Positions 32,062-40,914 of a stretch of DNA of 64,000 bases are shown here, in pieces. Numbering within the stretch: the stretch's first letter is position 1; each line of letters starts with the position of its first letter. Under the pieces are notes generated by a model that did no database searches, was not told the origin of the DNA, and was given only the letters and a program-made list of their open reading frames with translations. The stretch is from an uncultured Fidelibacterota bacterium (lineage in GTDB: Bacteria; Fidelibacterota; Marinisomatia; Marinisomatales; UBA1611), in assembly GCA_913040915.1 (NCBI GenBank), contig CAJWHW010000001.1:70240-134239 (forward strand). Reading direction: 5' to 3'. The position numbers were made by a program, and so were the translations under genes.

Positions 32062-32475
32062 TTAGTTTCTTTCAATAAACTTTTGTAACCGCTCATTTAA
32101 ATCACGCCGAGTTTCACGAAAATTATCTAATTGTAGGGGGTCAGAATTCCAATCTCGGAATGGGTCTTCTATGCTCCAGTGAATTTTTTCCACTTCCACT
32201 GGAAAAACTGGACATAGTTCATTTGCATGGTCACAGACTGTGATTACCACATCAATTCCTACATCCAAATAATCATCAATACTCTCAGATTTATGCCCGG
32301 AAATATCAATATCCCATTCATCCATAACGGCAATGGCATTTGGGTGAACACGGCTGGGATGACTTCCGGCGCTGTAAATATCAAATCGGTCACCTGCCAT
32401 ATTTCTTAACAAGCCCTCCGCGATCTGTGACCGGCAGCTATTTCCTGTACAAACAAATAATACTTTATTTTTCAT
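32062..32475 (-). CDS. arsC: Arsenate reductase (thioredoxin-coupled, LMW-PTP fold)
   Basis: CTGNSCRSQ, VCDHANELCP, HWSIEDP. Confidence 0.88.
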   Translation of the reverse strand: MKNKVLFVCTGNSCRSQIAEGLLRNMAGDRFDIYSAGSHPSRVHPNAIAVMDEWDIDISGHKSESIDDYLDVGIDVVITVCDHANELCPVFPVEVEKIHWSIEDPFRDWNSDPLQLDNFRETRRDLNERLQKFIERN

Positions 32476-32555
32476 AGTTTATAATGGGGAAGGAATTTAA
32501 CATATAGCAATATTTCATTTATATATTATTGGATTGTTTCTTTGTATTTTCAGTT

Positions 32556-33185
32556 ATGAATGCTTCGCAAAAAACAGCTTATCCATTTATAGGTCTTGCC
32601 GGTAATATCGGTGTAGGAAAAACAACCTTTACAAATTTTATGTCAGCCAGACAAGGCTGGACACCATTCTATGAATCTGTTTCAGATAATCCTTATTTGA
32701 ATGATTTTTATGGAGATATGAAACGTTGGAGCTTTCATCTGCAAATTTATTTTCTTCATAAGCGATTTGAATCGCATTTACAGATATCCAGATCTAATGG
32801 TGGTGTTATTCAGGACCGTACAATCTATGAGGATGTAGAAATTTTTGCCCGCAATCTCCATGATATGGGCAACCTTTCTAATCGGGATTGGGATAATTAT
32901 TTAGGACTATTTACTACAATGACATCGTTTTTAAAGAAACCTGATCTTGTTGTTTATTTAAAAGCTTCCACGGATACTCTACTGAGCCGGATTCAATCCA
33001 GGGGCAGGGATTACGAACAATCTATTGATCCAGAATATCTTCATATTTTAAATATTGCCTATGATAAATGGGTCAGCTCTGTAACCCAGTATCCTGTCAT
33101 TACAGTAGAAACAGATCACTTTAATATTTATAAGGAAGATGATCAATTATCAAGTATTGAAAATCAGATTCTCAAAATGATATAA
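32556..33185 (+). CDS. Deoxynucleoside kinase
   Basis: AGNIGVGKTT, QIYFL, DRTIYED, RGRDYE. ATG at 32556 is preferred over TTG at 32529. Confidence 0.9.
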   Translation: MNASQKTAYPFIGLAGNIGVGKTTFTNFMSARQGWTPFYESVSDNPYLNDFYGDMKRWSFHLQIYFLHKRFESHLQISRSNGGVIQDRTIYEDVEIFARNLHDMGNLSNRDWDNYLGLFTTMTSFLKKPDLVVYLKASTDTLLSRIQSRGRDYEQSIDPEYLHILNIAYDKWVSSVTQYPVITVETDHFNIYKEDDQLSSIENQILKMI

Positions 33186-33209
33186 GATAATTATTACCTA
33201 AATTTGCTG

Positions 33210-34034
33210 ATGTCTGATTCCTCTCAAAAAATAAAATCATCTCTTTTTACAAACCCACTAGAAACATTTCCTGGACTTTCTATTGAAGATCTAAATAAAT
33301 ATTTACCTGCCATTCGAACAGTTGAGGATATGTCTTTTTCACTTGAGAAGATGGATGAAGGACTATTTTTAACAAAATGTTTGGATGGTTTAAGGCAGAT
33401 CCCCAACCAATCAATTGATTTGATTATTGCAGATCCGCCGGAAGATCCTTGGATTTCTACTGAAGAAATTGGTCAGCGTAAAACTCTTCAAGAATATTAT
33501 CAGTGGAACAATGATTGGCTAAGCGAAACGTATCGAGTTCTAAAAAATACCGGTGCAGTCTATTTATTTTCTCCCTGGCAATATTCTGGCATGTATCATG
33601 GATTATTGAGCAATTTATTTAAAATTCAATCCCGAATCACATGGCGGAGAAAATCAAAAGTATTAGATAATCTAAACCAAACCTGGGTGAATGATACTTC
33701 AGATATCTGGTTCGCTACTAAAACAGATAATTTTTTATTTAATCAGCAAGTTGTTGGTGTCAAATCAGCTCGTGCTGCAGATAACCCTGAAGATTCTCAA
33801 TCTAACTTATGGTTGGATATCCCAAGTATTTCGGAAGAAAATGGTAAATATCCACAGAAAATATATTCCCGAATTTTAGAAGCAAGTAGTTTCAAGTTGA
33901 ATTGGGTTTTAGATCCATTTATGGGCACTGGCGATGTAGGTCTGGCTTCTAAAAAAAGTGGTAGGCGATTTATTGGTTTTGAAACCAATAAAGATTATTT
34001 ATTACTAGCTATGAAAAGAATAAATGAGGATTGA
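33210..34034 (+). CDS. Orphan N4/N6 DNA methyltransferase-like protein (beta class order), variant catalytic motif
   Basis: SIDLIIADPPE, YRVLK, VLDPFMGTG, GRRFIGFE. Confidence 0.8.
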   Translation: MSDSSQKIKSSLFTNPLETFPGLSIEDLNKYLPAIRTVEDMSFSLEKMDEGLFLTKCLDGLRQIPNQSIDLIIADPPEDPWISTEEIGQRKTLQEYYQWNNDWLSETYRVLKNTGAVYLFSPWQYSGMYHGLLSNLFKIQSRITWRRKSKVLDNLNQTWVNDTSDIWFATKTDNFLFNQQVVGVKSARAADNPEDSQSNLWLDIPSISEENGKYPQKIYSRILEASSFKLNWVLDPFMGTGDVGLASKKSGRRFIGFETNKDYLLLAMKRINED

Positions 34035-34480
34035 AAATGAATTTTATTGGAGTAATAAAAAAAGAGATGTATGAAGCTATGAAGTCTGGCCAAAAAGAAA
34101 GAGCTGCTACCCTGCGAGTGCTTCTTGCCAAATTAAAAGATAAACAAATTAACCAAAGAAAAGAATTATCAGAACAGGATGGATTAGCTGTAATTAAAAC
34201 ATTGGTAAAACAGAGAAAAGAATCCATAGAAATGTATGAAAAGGCAGGCAGGACTGATTTAGCTGAAAATGAAAAATCTGAATTAACTTTATTGGAATCT
34301 TATCTACCTGAAATGATGACAGATGAAGAAATACGAGAATTAGTTTTATCAGTTATAGCCGAAATAGGTGTATCTGATATAGGTGATATTGGAAAAGTGA
34401 TGCCGGTGGTAATGCAAAGAGGTGGCGGAGTGATAGATGGGAAAAAAGCGAATCTTATCTTGATGGAATTGTTGACTTAA
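34031..34480 (+). CDS. GatB/YqeY domain protein
   Basis: AMKS...LVKQRKESIEMYEKAGRTDLA...YLP...GKVM. Confidence 0.9.
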   Translation: MKMNFIGVIKKEMYEAMKSGQKERAATLRVLLAKLKDKQINQRKELSEQDGLAVIKTLVKQRKESIEMYEKAGRTDLAENEKSELTLLESYLPEMMTDEEIRELVLSVIAEIGVSDIGDIGKVMPVVMQRGGGVIDGKKANLILMELLT

Positions 34481-35008
34481 ATGTCTTGGCTTTTGGATGG
34501 CCTAGCAGTGTTTTTCATTTTATTTCATGGAATGGCTGGCTTTAAAAGAGGGTTTATAGAAGAATTAGGACGGCTAGTTGGCTTTATAATTGCTATCCTG
34601 ATTTCATTCTCAAATAGTGCAACCTTGTTCAAGAAAATGAATGAAATTATACATATGGATGAATGGGTTGGTTTATTTTTATCATTTTCGTTACTGTTTT
34701 CAGCAACATTAATTGCAACTAGAGTTTTAACAGGGCTAATTCAAATGGCATTTTTATCTAAAAGTAATCGATTGGTTAATTTATCTCTTGGTTTCATTTT
34801 TGGAGGGATGAAAGGTACATTTATTTTAATGGTTTTTGTATGGTTATTAGCAATTTTGCCGCTTCAAAAATGGTCCACAGTCATAAATTCAAATTCAATA
34901 TTAGCACAAAAAAGTAACGATTATAGGGCGCGGCTAGTTGAATTTTTTAATTGGGAGGACCCTGTGGCTATGAGTGAATCTTATTTAAAACAATTAACCC
35001 AACCTTAA
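34481..35008 (+). CDS. CvpA-family membrane protein
   Basis: GFKRGFIEE, four TM helices, LGFIFGGMKG. Confidence 0.8.
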   Translation: MSWLLDGLAVFFILFHGMAGFKRGFIEELGRLVGFIIAILISFSNSATLFKKMNEIIHMDEWVGLFLSFSLLFSATLIATRVLTGLIQMAFLSKSNRLVNLSLGFIFGGMKGTFILMVFVWLLAILPLQKWSTVINSNSILAQKSNDYRARLVEFFNWEDPVAMSESYLKQLTQP

Positions 35009-36756
35009 TGGCAAAAATTTCTCAGGATATTATTGATCGGGTTCGAGATTCATCGGATATTGTGGATGTAGTATCACAGTTTGTTGATTTGAAACAGAGG
35101 GGTTCAAACTATTTTGGTTTATGTCCTTTTCATGGTGAAAAAACACCATCTTTCAGTGTAGCGCCAGCAAAGCAAATCTATCATTGTTTTGGATGTAATA
35201 CCGGCGGCAATGTCTTTTCTTTTATTATGGAATACCAGAAAGTAACCTTTCCTGAAGCTGTGAAAATTTTGGCAGACCGTTACAATATTACTGTCCAATT
35301 TGAAGAAGGTAGTGGAACGTCTGAATTATATTCTTCACTCTATGAACTCCACGATATTGCTGTCAAATTATATCAGGATAACTTATTTTCTGTGCGAGGA
35401 AAAAATGCATTGGAATATCTAACAGACCGTGGCTTAACTGAAGATATTCTTAAGCAGTTTAAAGTGGGTTTTGCTATGGATAGCTGGGATCAATTAGTTA
35501 ACCAATGTACTGGAAAGGGATTTACACATTCTCAAATCGCTCAATCAGGTTTATTTACTCAGAGTGAAAAAGGGACCTTCGATCGATTTCGATCTCGGAT
35601 TATGTTTCCTATTTATCATCCTTCCGGTAAAGCCATAGCCTTTGGAGGGCGGATATTTGGCGCAGATGACCCTGCTAAATACTTGAACTCTCCTGAGACA
35701 GCGCTTTACAAAAAAAGTGATATTTTTTATGGGATTCAGGCATCTAGAGATGCGATAAGAAAAACAGGATATGCAATTATGGTGGAAGGCTATATGGATT
35801 TTTTACAGTTATATCAGGCAGGTATTCATCCGGTTGTAGCCGTGTCTGGAACGGCATTTACAGAACGTCACGCATCAGCACTGAGACGAATAACTTCTAA
35901 AGTTGTTTTACTCTATGATGGAGACAGTGCTGGCGGGAACGCTGCAGTAAAAGCAGGATGGATGCTGTTAAAGTCAGAACTGGAACCTTCTATTGTTCGT
36001 CCACCTGATGATCAAGACCCAGATGATTGGGTACGAGATAAAAGTGTAACAGATATTTTATCTGCAATTGAATCACCATTTTCTTTCATTGATTTTCATT
36101 TACAATTTCATAGAGGAATGGTTTTAGAGGGAGCTGAACGGCAGAAGTATATTGTGGGACTTATGATGGAAATTAAAAATATCAACAATGGAATTATTCA
36201 AAATGATTTGATTCGTATTCTCTCAGAAAAATTAAAAGTGGCTGAACAGGATTTACTTCGAATCATGAAAAGTAAGCATATAAATATGTCAACTAGGCTC
36301 GATGAGTCAGAGAGAGTAAATACAAATTATTTATTTACCAATCAAATCGATAAAGCGCAGATAGAATTACTGCAGTTACTTGTTCATGAAGATCAATCAG
36401 TACGTCAATATGTAAAAGAAAAAGTACAACAAGATTTATTTATCACACCTTTTTTAAAAAAGATTGCTGGTTATTTGCTGTCAGATAAAATGACGGTGGA
36501 AACATCCGGAATTATCGAGTATTTTCAGGATAAGAATGAACGGGATTCGGTTACAGAAATCTTGTTTAGTGAGACAAAAAACTTTCCACCTGAAGAAATT
36601 GTATTGGATTGCCTTAAACTCTTAAAATCAAGACCTTTAAAAGAGAAAATTCAATCACTTCGCGTCCAGATTCGTGAAAAAGAGTTAAATGGAGAAAATA
36701 CACAGGAAGAACTGGAAGAAGTGGTCAAACTCCGACAAGAATTAAATGCATTATAA
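35008..36756 (+). CDS. dnaG: DNA primase
   Basis: CPFHGEKTPSF...CFGC zinc finger, DRFRSRIMFP, KYLNSPET, EGYMD, YDGD. Confidence 0.97.
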   Translation: MAKISQDIIDRVRDSSDIVDVVSQFVDLKQRGSNYFGLCPFHGEKTPSFSVAPAKQIYHCFGCNTGGNVFSFIMEYQKVTFPEAVKILADRYNITVQFEEGSGTSELYSSLYELHDIAVKLYQDNLFSVRGKNALEYLTDRGLTEDILKQFKVGFAMDSWDQLVNQCTGKGFTHSQIAQSGLFTQSEKGTFDRFRSRIMFPIYHPSGKAIAFGGRIFGADDPAKYLNSPETALYKKSDIFYGIQASRDAIRKTGYAIMVEGYMDFLQLYQAGIHPVVAVSGTAFTERHASALRRITSKVVLLYDGDSAGGNAAVKAGWMLLKSELEPSIVRPPDDQDPDDWVRDKSVTDILSAIESPFSFIDFHLQFHRGMVLEGAERQKYIVGLMMEIKNINNGIIQNDLIRILSEKLKVAEQDLLRIMKSKHINMSTRLDESERVNTNYLFTNQIDKAQIELLQLLVHEDQSVRQYVKEKVQQDLFITPFLKKIAGYLLSDKMTVETSGIIEYFQDKNERDSVTEILFSETKNFPPEEIVLDCLKLLKSRPLKEKIQSLRVQIREKELNGENTQEELEEVVKLRQELNAL

Positions 36757-38206
36757 AAAGGTAAATACAGCTGCCAGATTATATCTGTTATTGGTCTTTT
36801 GCACATCATTGACTGCAAATAAGGTCCAACTTATTACTACTCATAAAAAAAGTAATGGGACTCTATTGCGCATTGTCACAAGCCAAGTTATGAATATTGA
36901 CAATATTGCCGGATGGGTTGGACAAGAGAATTGGTTTTATGTGACTCTGAATGCTGCAACTCTTGACTTATCATCGGTAGAATATATTAAACTAGAGCCA
37001 CCTTTAATGGATATAGATGCAACGGAAAACAATGAATCTGTACAGTTAGGATACTTATTTGATAAACCCATTGCCGATTTTGAAATTTTTCATTCTGAAG
37101 CCAGTCGGGTCATATTAGTTCAAGTTTGGGAATCCTTAAATGACAGTTTAAGAACAGAAGTTCGGACTTCTGAAAACCAAAATAATAATAGTGTATTTTC
37201 ATTGCCAAAAAATGAATCCAAGGGGTCTCCATTTTATGATTCATTTATTTATGCGCGTGACAAGTATGGTCCTGAGCGTTACTTTGTCTGGTATAATGAC
37301 TGGTACTCCACAGAAGATATAATAGGGGATGATGGAGAAATATATAATACTATTGATAAAGGCGAACCGAGACCGTTGGTAGTTAAAAATAATCTGAAGG
37401 AAAAAACACCTCCGTTGAAGTCCCATGAAGTGGAGATTGTAAGGCAGGATGTGGATATTTCACAAATTCTTGATCGCGGGATGTTATCTATTGGGATGAA
37501 TCGTCCTGTTGAAGTTAAATCTCTTCAAAGAGCTCTTGTGGTCTTGGGATATGATTTAGGTGATGGAGGTGTTTATAACAATGGCGTTGATGGAGAGTTT
37601 GGACCAACAACAGAAGAAGCTGTAAAACGGTTTCAACGTGATCGCGGCATGGTGGGGGTAGAGGTTGATGGCGTAGTAGGAGAAATAACTTATTTAGAAT
37701 TGGAACGAGCTTTGGAAGACTCTCCATCTGTAGGTGAAAAAATAGAAAGGTCTAAACCTACGAAGACCAAAGAAATTACCCAGAAAATTCAAGATATCGA
37801 TGATAAACCATCACAGGAATTATTTGTTTTAGAGACAGCAAAAGAAATCCTTAAAAAGCCGTCATCCAAAAAACAAACCAAGAGAGAGACAAGAAAACTG
37901 GATAATCCAGAATTAATGAAAACTCTAACCCCCGACTTTACTAAACGGAAAACATTTCTAAAATTAACCTGTAACCTAGATGGAGCTGATGTTTTCATTA
38001 ATGGGAATCTAATTGGTCAAACACCAATTCCAAAAAAACTGCCAGTTAATCCAGGTTGGCATCGTGTGAAAGTTATAGACCCCAATGCACCTCCACCTCA
38101 ATTTTCCATGGCAATTCCTGATTATCAGGATATCTATATTCCTGTAGGTAAAACACAAAATATTAGAATCAACTTGGCAATCCCTGAACAGGAGACTCCC
38201 GAATAG
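36746..38206 (+). CDS. Exported protein with peptidoglycan-binding domain and C-terminal PEGA domain
   Basis: LQRALVVLGY...VDGEFGPTTEEAVKRFQ...VDGVVG (PG_binding_1); GADVFINGNLIGQTP...PGWH (PEGA). Confidence 0.75.
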   Translation: MHYKKVNTAARLYLLLVFCTSLTANKVQLITTHKKSNGTLLRIVTSQVMNIDNIAGWVGQENWFYVTLNAATLDLSSVEYIKLEPPLMDIDATENNESVQLGYLFDKPIADFEIFHSEASRVILVQVWESLNDSLRTEVRTSENQNNNSVFSLPKNESKGSPFYDSFIYARDKYGPERYFVWYNDWYSTEDIIGDDGEIYNTIDKGEPRPLVVKNNLKEKTPPLKSHEVEIVRQDVDISQILDRGMLSIGMNRPVEVKSLQRALVVLGYDLGDGGVYNNGVDGEFGPTTEEAVKRFQRDRGMVGVEVDGVVGEITYLELERALEDSPSVGEKIERSKPTKTKEITQKIQDIDDKPSQELFVLETAKEILKKPSSKKQTKRETRKLDNPELMKTLTPDFTKRKTFLKLTCNLDGADVFINGNLIGQTPIPKKLPVNPGWHRVKVIDPNAPPPQFSMAIPDYQDIYIPVGKTQNIRINLAIPEQETPE

Positions 38207-38207
38207 A

Positions 38208-39083
38208 ATGCAACCTATTTCCCCTAATAATATTTGGTGGGGAATCGTTCTAAGTTTAATGATCCTGCCAGGTCTATCAGCCCAGGAAATGCCTGCAATG
38301 CTGTTTGTAAAATCTGAATCGCAAATAGCAGGGCTAAATGTTGAATTTTTACTTTCAAGTCCATCGCAGCGGGAAGATGTTTCGGGTTGGATCGAACAGG
38401 AAAATTGGTTTATCATTAATTTTTACAATATTATTAAACCGAACCCAGGTATTTTTAATGATGTTGTTTTATACCCAATTCTTGATGTCCAACAAGCGTG
38501 GTCTAATAATTCGCTCCAAGTCTCCATTCAAACAGCACAAAAAATTGGCGCTTCTGATATTGTCTTTCATAATGAAGATAAACGAATTATCATTGCATTG
38601 ACTTATAAGGATTTTATTGAATCCAAGGAAATTAATCCTTCTTATGTTATTCCAAATCCCAATGAAGCTAAAAAAATCCAACATCCCCTATCTTGGAAAG
38701 ATGCAAGAGAGCGTACTACATTAGAAATACTGTGCGATACAGATGGTTTACCCATTTATGTAGATAATCAATTAGTAGGTCATTCTCCTTTAGTTCATTC
38801 CGTTGATGTTTTACCTGGCTGGCATAAAGTTGGCTATTTTCCAAAGGATTATTCTGGTGACTATAATTCACGTACACCCGAAGAAAAAATGCTTCGAGAT
38901 ATTTTAATAATGGGTAGAATGGATGTTTTTGTAGAGGAAGGTAAACACGAAATAATTGTCTTAAATTATCAATCTCTGGATGAAGACGTAATTGATTATA
39001 ACAACCGTTTCAAAACCAGTGCTACAGCAGGTTTTTCTCTCTTCTTATTAATGATTTTTTTAATGAGTTGGGGTCTAGCCTGA
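38208..39083 (+). CDS. PEGA-domain protein with C-terminal TM helix; partial paralogue of the upstream gene
   Basis: GLPIYVDNQLVGHSP...PGWH; shared GWxxQENWF motif; hydrophobic C-terminus. Confidence 0.7.
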   Translation: MQPISPNNIWWGIVLSLMILPGLSAQEMPAMLFVKSESQIAGLNVEFLLSSPSQREDVSGWIEQENWFIINFYNIIKPNPGIFNDVVLYPILDVQQAWSNNSLQVSIQTAQKIGASDIVFHNEDKRIIIALTYKDFIESKEINPSYVIPNPNEAKKIQHPLSWKDARERTTLEILCDTDGLPIYVDNQLVGHSPLVHSVDVLPGWHKVGYFPKDYSGDYNSRTPEEKMLRDILIMGRMDVFVEEGKHEIIVLNYQSLDEDVIDYNNRFKTSATAGFSLFLLMIFLMSWGLA

Positions 39084-40846
39084 TTCATCGATCTAATTGC
39101 CTTGTATTATTGCTTCCCTTGGTTTTTATATCCTTGTTATATGGAACAGAAACACTTGAATCAGAGCGATTAAAAAAAAATATTGGTGCTGTTCATTACT
39201 TCAAATACTGGAACCCTTATAGACGATTGTTAGATTTACAAGGTGATGCACAAACATTTTACGGCCAGAACTATTATCAAGTAAAATATAATAGAGATGG
39301 GCGAATAAAAACTGTAACCCGTTTTGGACCTGATCGTTTGGAGCAGGAAACATATTATTTTCTATGGTCAAAATCTGGGTTAAGATCGGAATATAAAGTT
39401 GAATTTCATACAGAAGGAAAAGCTCAGCGATTAGATAAATTTCTATATGCTGATCAATTAAGTTATATTAGACCGGGTTGGATTGCTGATGTAAAAAGCA
39501 GAAGGGACGGACGACCTTTTGAAGTGTCATTTTCAGATAAACTTGGTTTCACATATTTCTATTATCACTTCAATTACAGTACTCATCGAGATGAAAAAAT
39601 GCTAGTAGAGGTGGTAGAATCTTCATATTTTGACTCGGCTGGCAGGTTTGTGGGCCGCCACTTACTGTTTTGGGAAGATGGTGACCATTTAAAAATGATC
39701 CAATATTTTAATACTGATAATGAAATAATATTAACAAAAGAATTTCTTCATAATCCAATTGATAAGGAAACAACACGAATTTTATCTGATTCAACAGGGA
39801 CTGAACTAGAACGAAAAATAATTCCATTAATGCAACCCGACAAATATGCCTACAAATTAGAATGGACTGGCAGAGAAATTATTCAACCTATTTTATCTGA
39901 TACTGAAACATTGGAAATTGCTATGGAATTCTATAAAAAAACCGAATTTGCCCTTGGTGAGGCAAATGAAAAAGTAAAAGAATCCAAAAGAAAATTACAG
40001 GAAGCAAAAAAAAGAGCAAGTGATGCGGAAAAGATTCTGTTGAAAGCAAAAAGAAGAGCTGAAGATACAAAACGATTTAAACTGGCAATGGATAAGGCAG
40101 AAGAAGATGTAGCAAATGCTATCGAATCAATGCTTACTGCAGAAAAAGAAGCAAAAAATGCAAGGTTGAAGGCAGAAGCAGCTTCAATAGCAGCAGAAAC
40201 ATTAAAAAAAGCTGTAGATTTTGAACGCTATGGGAAAAAAGAGGCGCAGTTAGCACTTAAAGCAGCCAAAAAGACAGAAAGGGAAGCCAAGAAGAAAGAA
40301 AAAGAAGCGGCGAGGCTTAAGGAAAAAGCAATTCGAGACTCATTAGACCTTGGCGATAAATCATTTATTACCCTTTCTTATTCTACGCCTTTTTTCATAG
40401 AACAGTCTCTGCAAAATCACATAGCCAAGCCCGGATATACGGTAGGCCTGGGGCGCCGGGATTTTTTTAGGGTCAAGCAAATTGATATAAATCTTGGCTT
40501 GGAAATGAATTACTATGATTTTCAAATAGATACTACATCAGAAAACTTTCAAACCTTAAGTTATTTTCTGATTGCTCAATTAGATCCAAAATTTTCCTGG
40601 TATTGGATCCCTAAAAATATGGAAATGGGCTTAAAGGTAGGAGCTGGTCTTGTATCCCCCGGGTACGGATTTACAGCAGGTTATTCTGCCATATTTAATT
40701 TATTGCCTACACCCTTAACCATTGGCATGGTCACTCAATTTAACTGGGTGGCAAACATCACCAGTGATATTCAAAGCACTAACTGGTCATCAATAGGTTT
40801 GGTTTTCGGTTTTAATTTTGAAGATAAACTTCCCTCTATTTTTTGA
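39068..40846 (+). CDS. Hypothetical exported protein with long K/E/A coiled coil and beta-rich C-terminus
   Basis: 592-aa ORF with a hydrophobic N-terminus, a K/E/A-rich helix of about 140 aa, and alternating aromatic/Gly strands at the end. Confidence 0.65.
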   Translation: MGSSLIHRSNCLVLLLPLVFISLLYGTETLESERLKKNIGAVHYFKYWNPYRRLLDLQGDAQTFYGQNYYQVKYNRDGRIKTVTRFGPDRLEQETYYFLWSKSGLRSEYKVEFHTEGKAQRLDKFLYADQLSYIRPGWIADVKSRRDGRPFEVSFSDKLGFTYFYYHFNYSTHRDEKMLVEVVESSYFDSAGRFVGRHLLFWEDGDHLKMIQYFNTDNEIILTKEFLHNPIDKETTRILSDSTGTELERKIIPLMQPDKYAYKLEWTGREIIQPILSDTETLEIAMEFYKKTEFALGEANEKVKESKRKLQEAKKRASDAEKILLKAKRRAEDTKRFKLAMDKAEEDVANAIESMLTAEKEAKNARLKAEAASIAAETLKKAVDFERYGKKEAQLALKAAKKTEREAKKKEKEAARLKEKAIRDSLDLGDKSFITLSYSTPFFIEQSLQNHIAKPGYTVGLGRRDFFRVKQIDINLGLEMNYYDFQIDTTSENFQTLSYFLIAQLDPKFSWYWIPKNMEMGLKVGAGLVSPGYGFTAGYSAIFNLLPTPLTIGMVTQFNWVANITSDIQSTNWSSIGLVFGFNFEDKLPSIF

Positions 40847-40865
40847 CCTTAAACTATTCTGAAAA

Positions 40866-40907
40866 TACCCCTCATCATTGTTGATATTTCAAAAATGATG
40901 AGGGGTA
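40866..40907. terminator. Long hairpin between convergent genes
   Basis: TACCCCTCATCATT...AATGATGAGGGGTA, a 14-bp perfect stem with inner TTGA/TCAA pairing. Confidence 0.75.
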
Positions 40908-40914
40908 GTGTTTC

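Noticed and set aside
33210..34034. Restriction-modification system
   Set aside because: No adjacent restriction endonuclease or specificity gene; neighbours are housekeeping genes.
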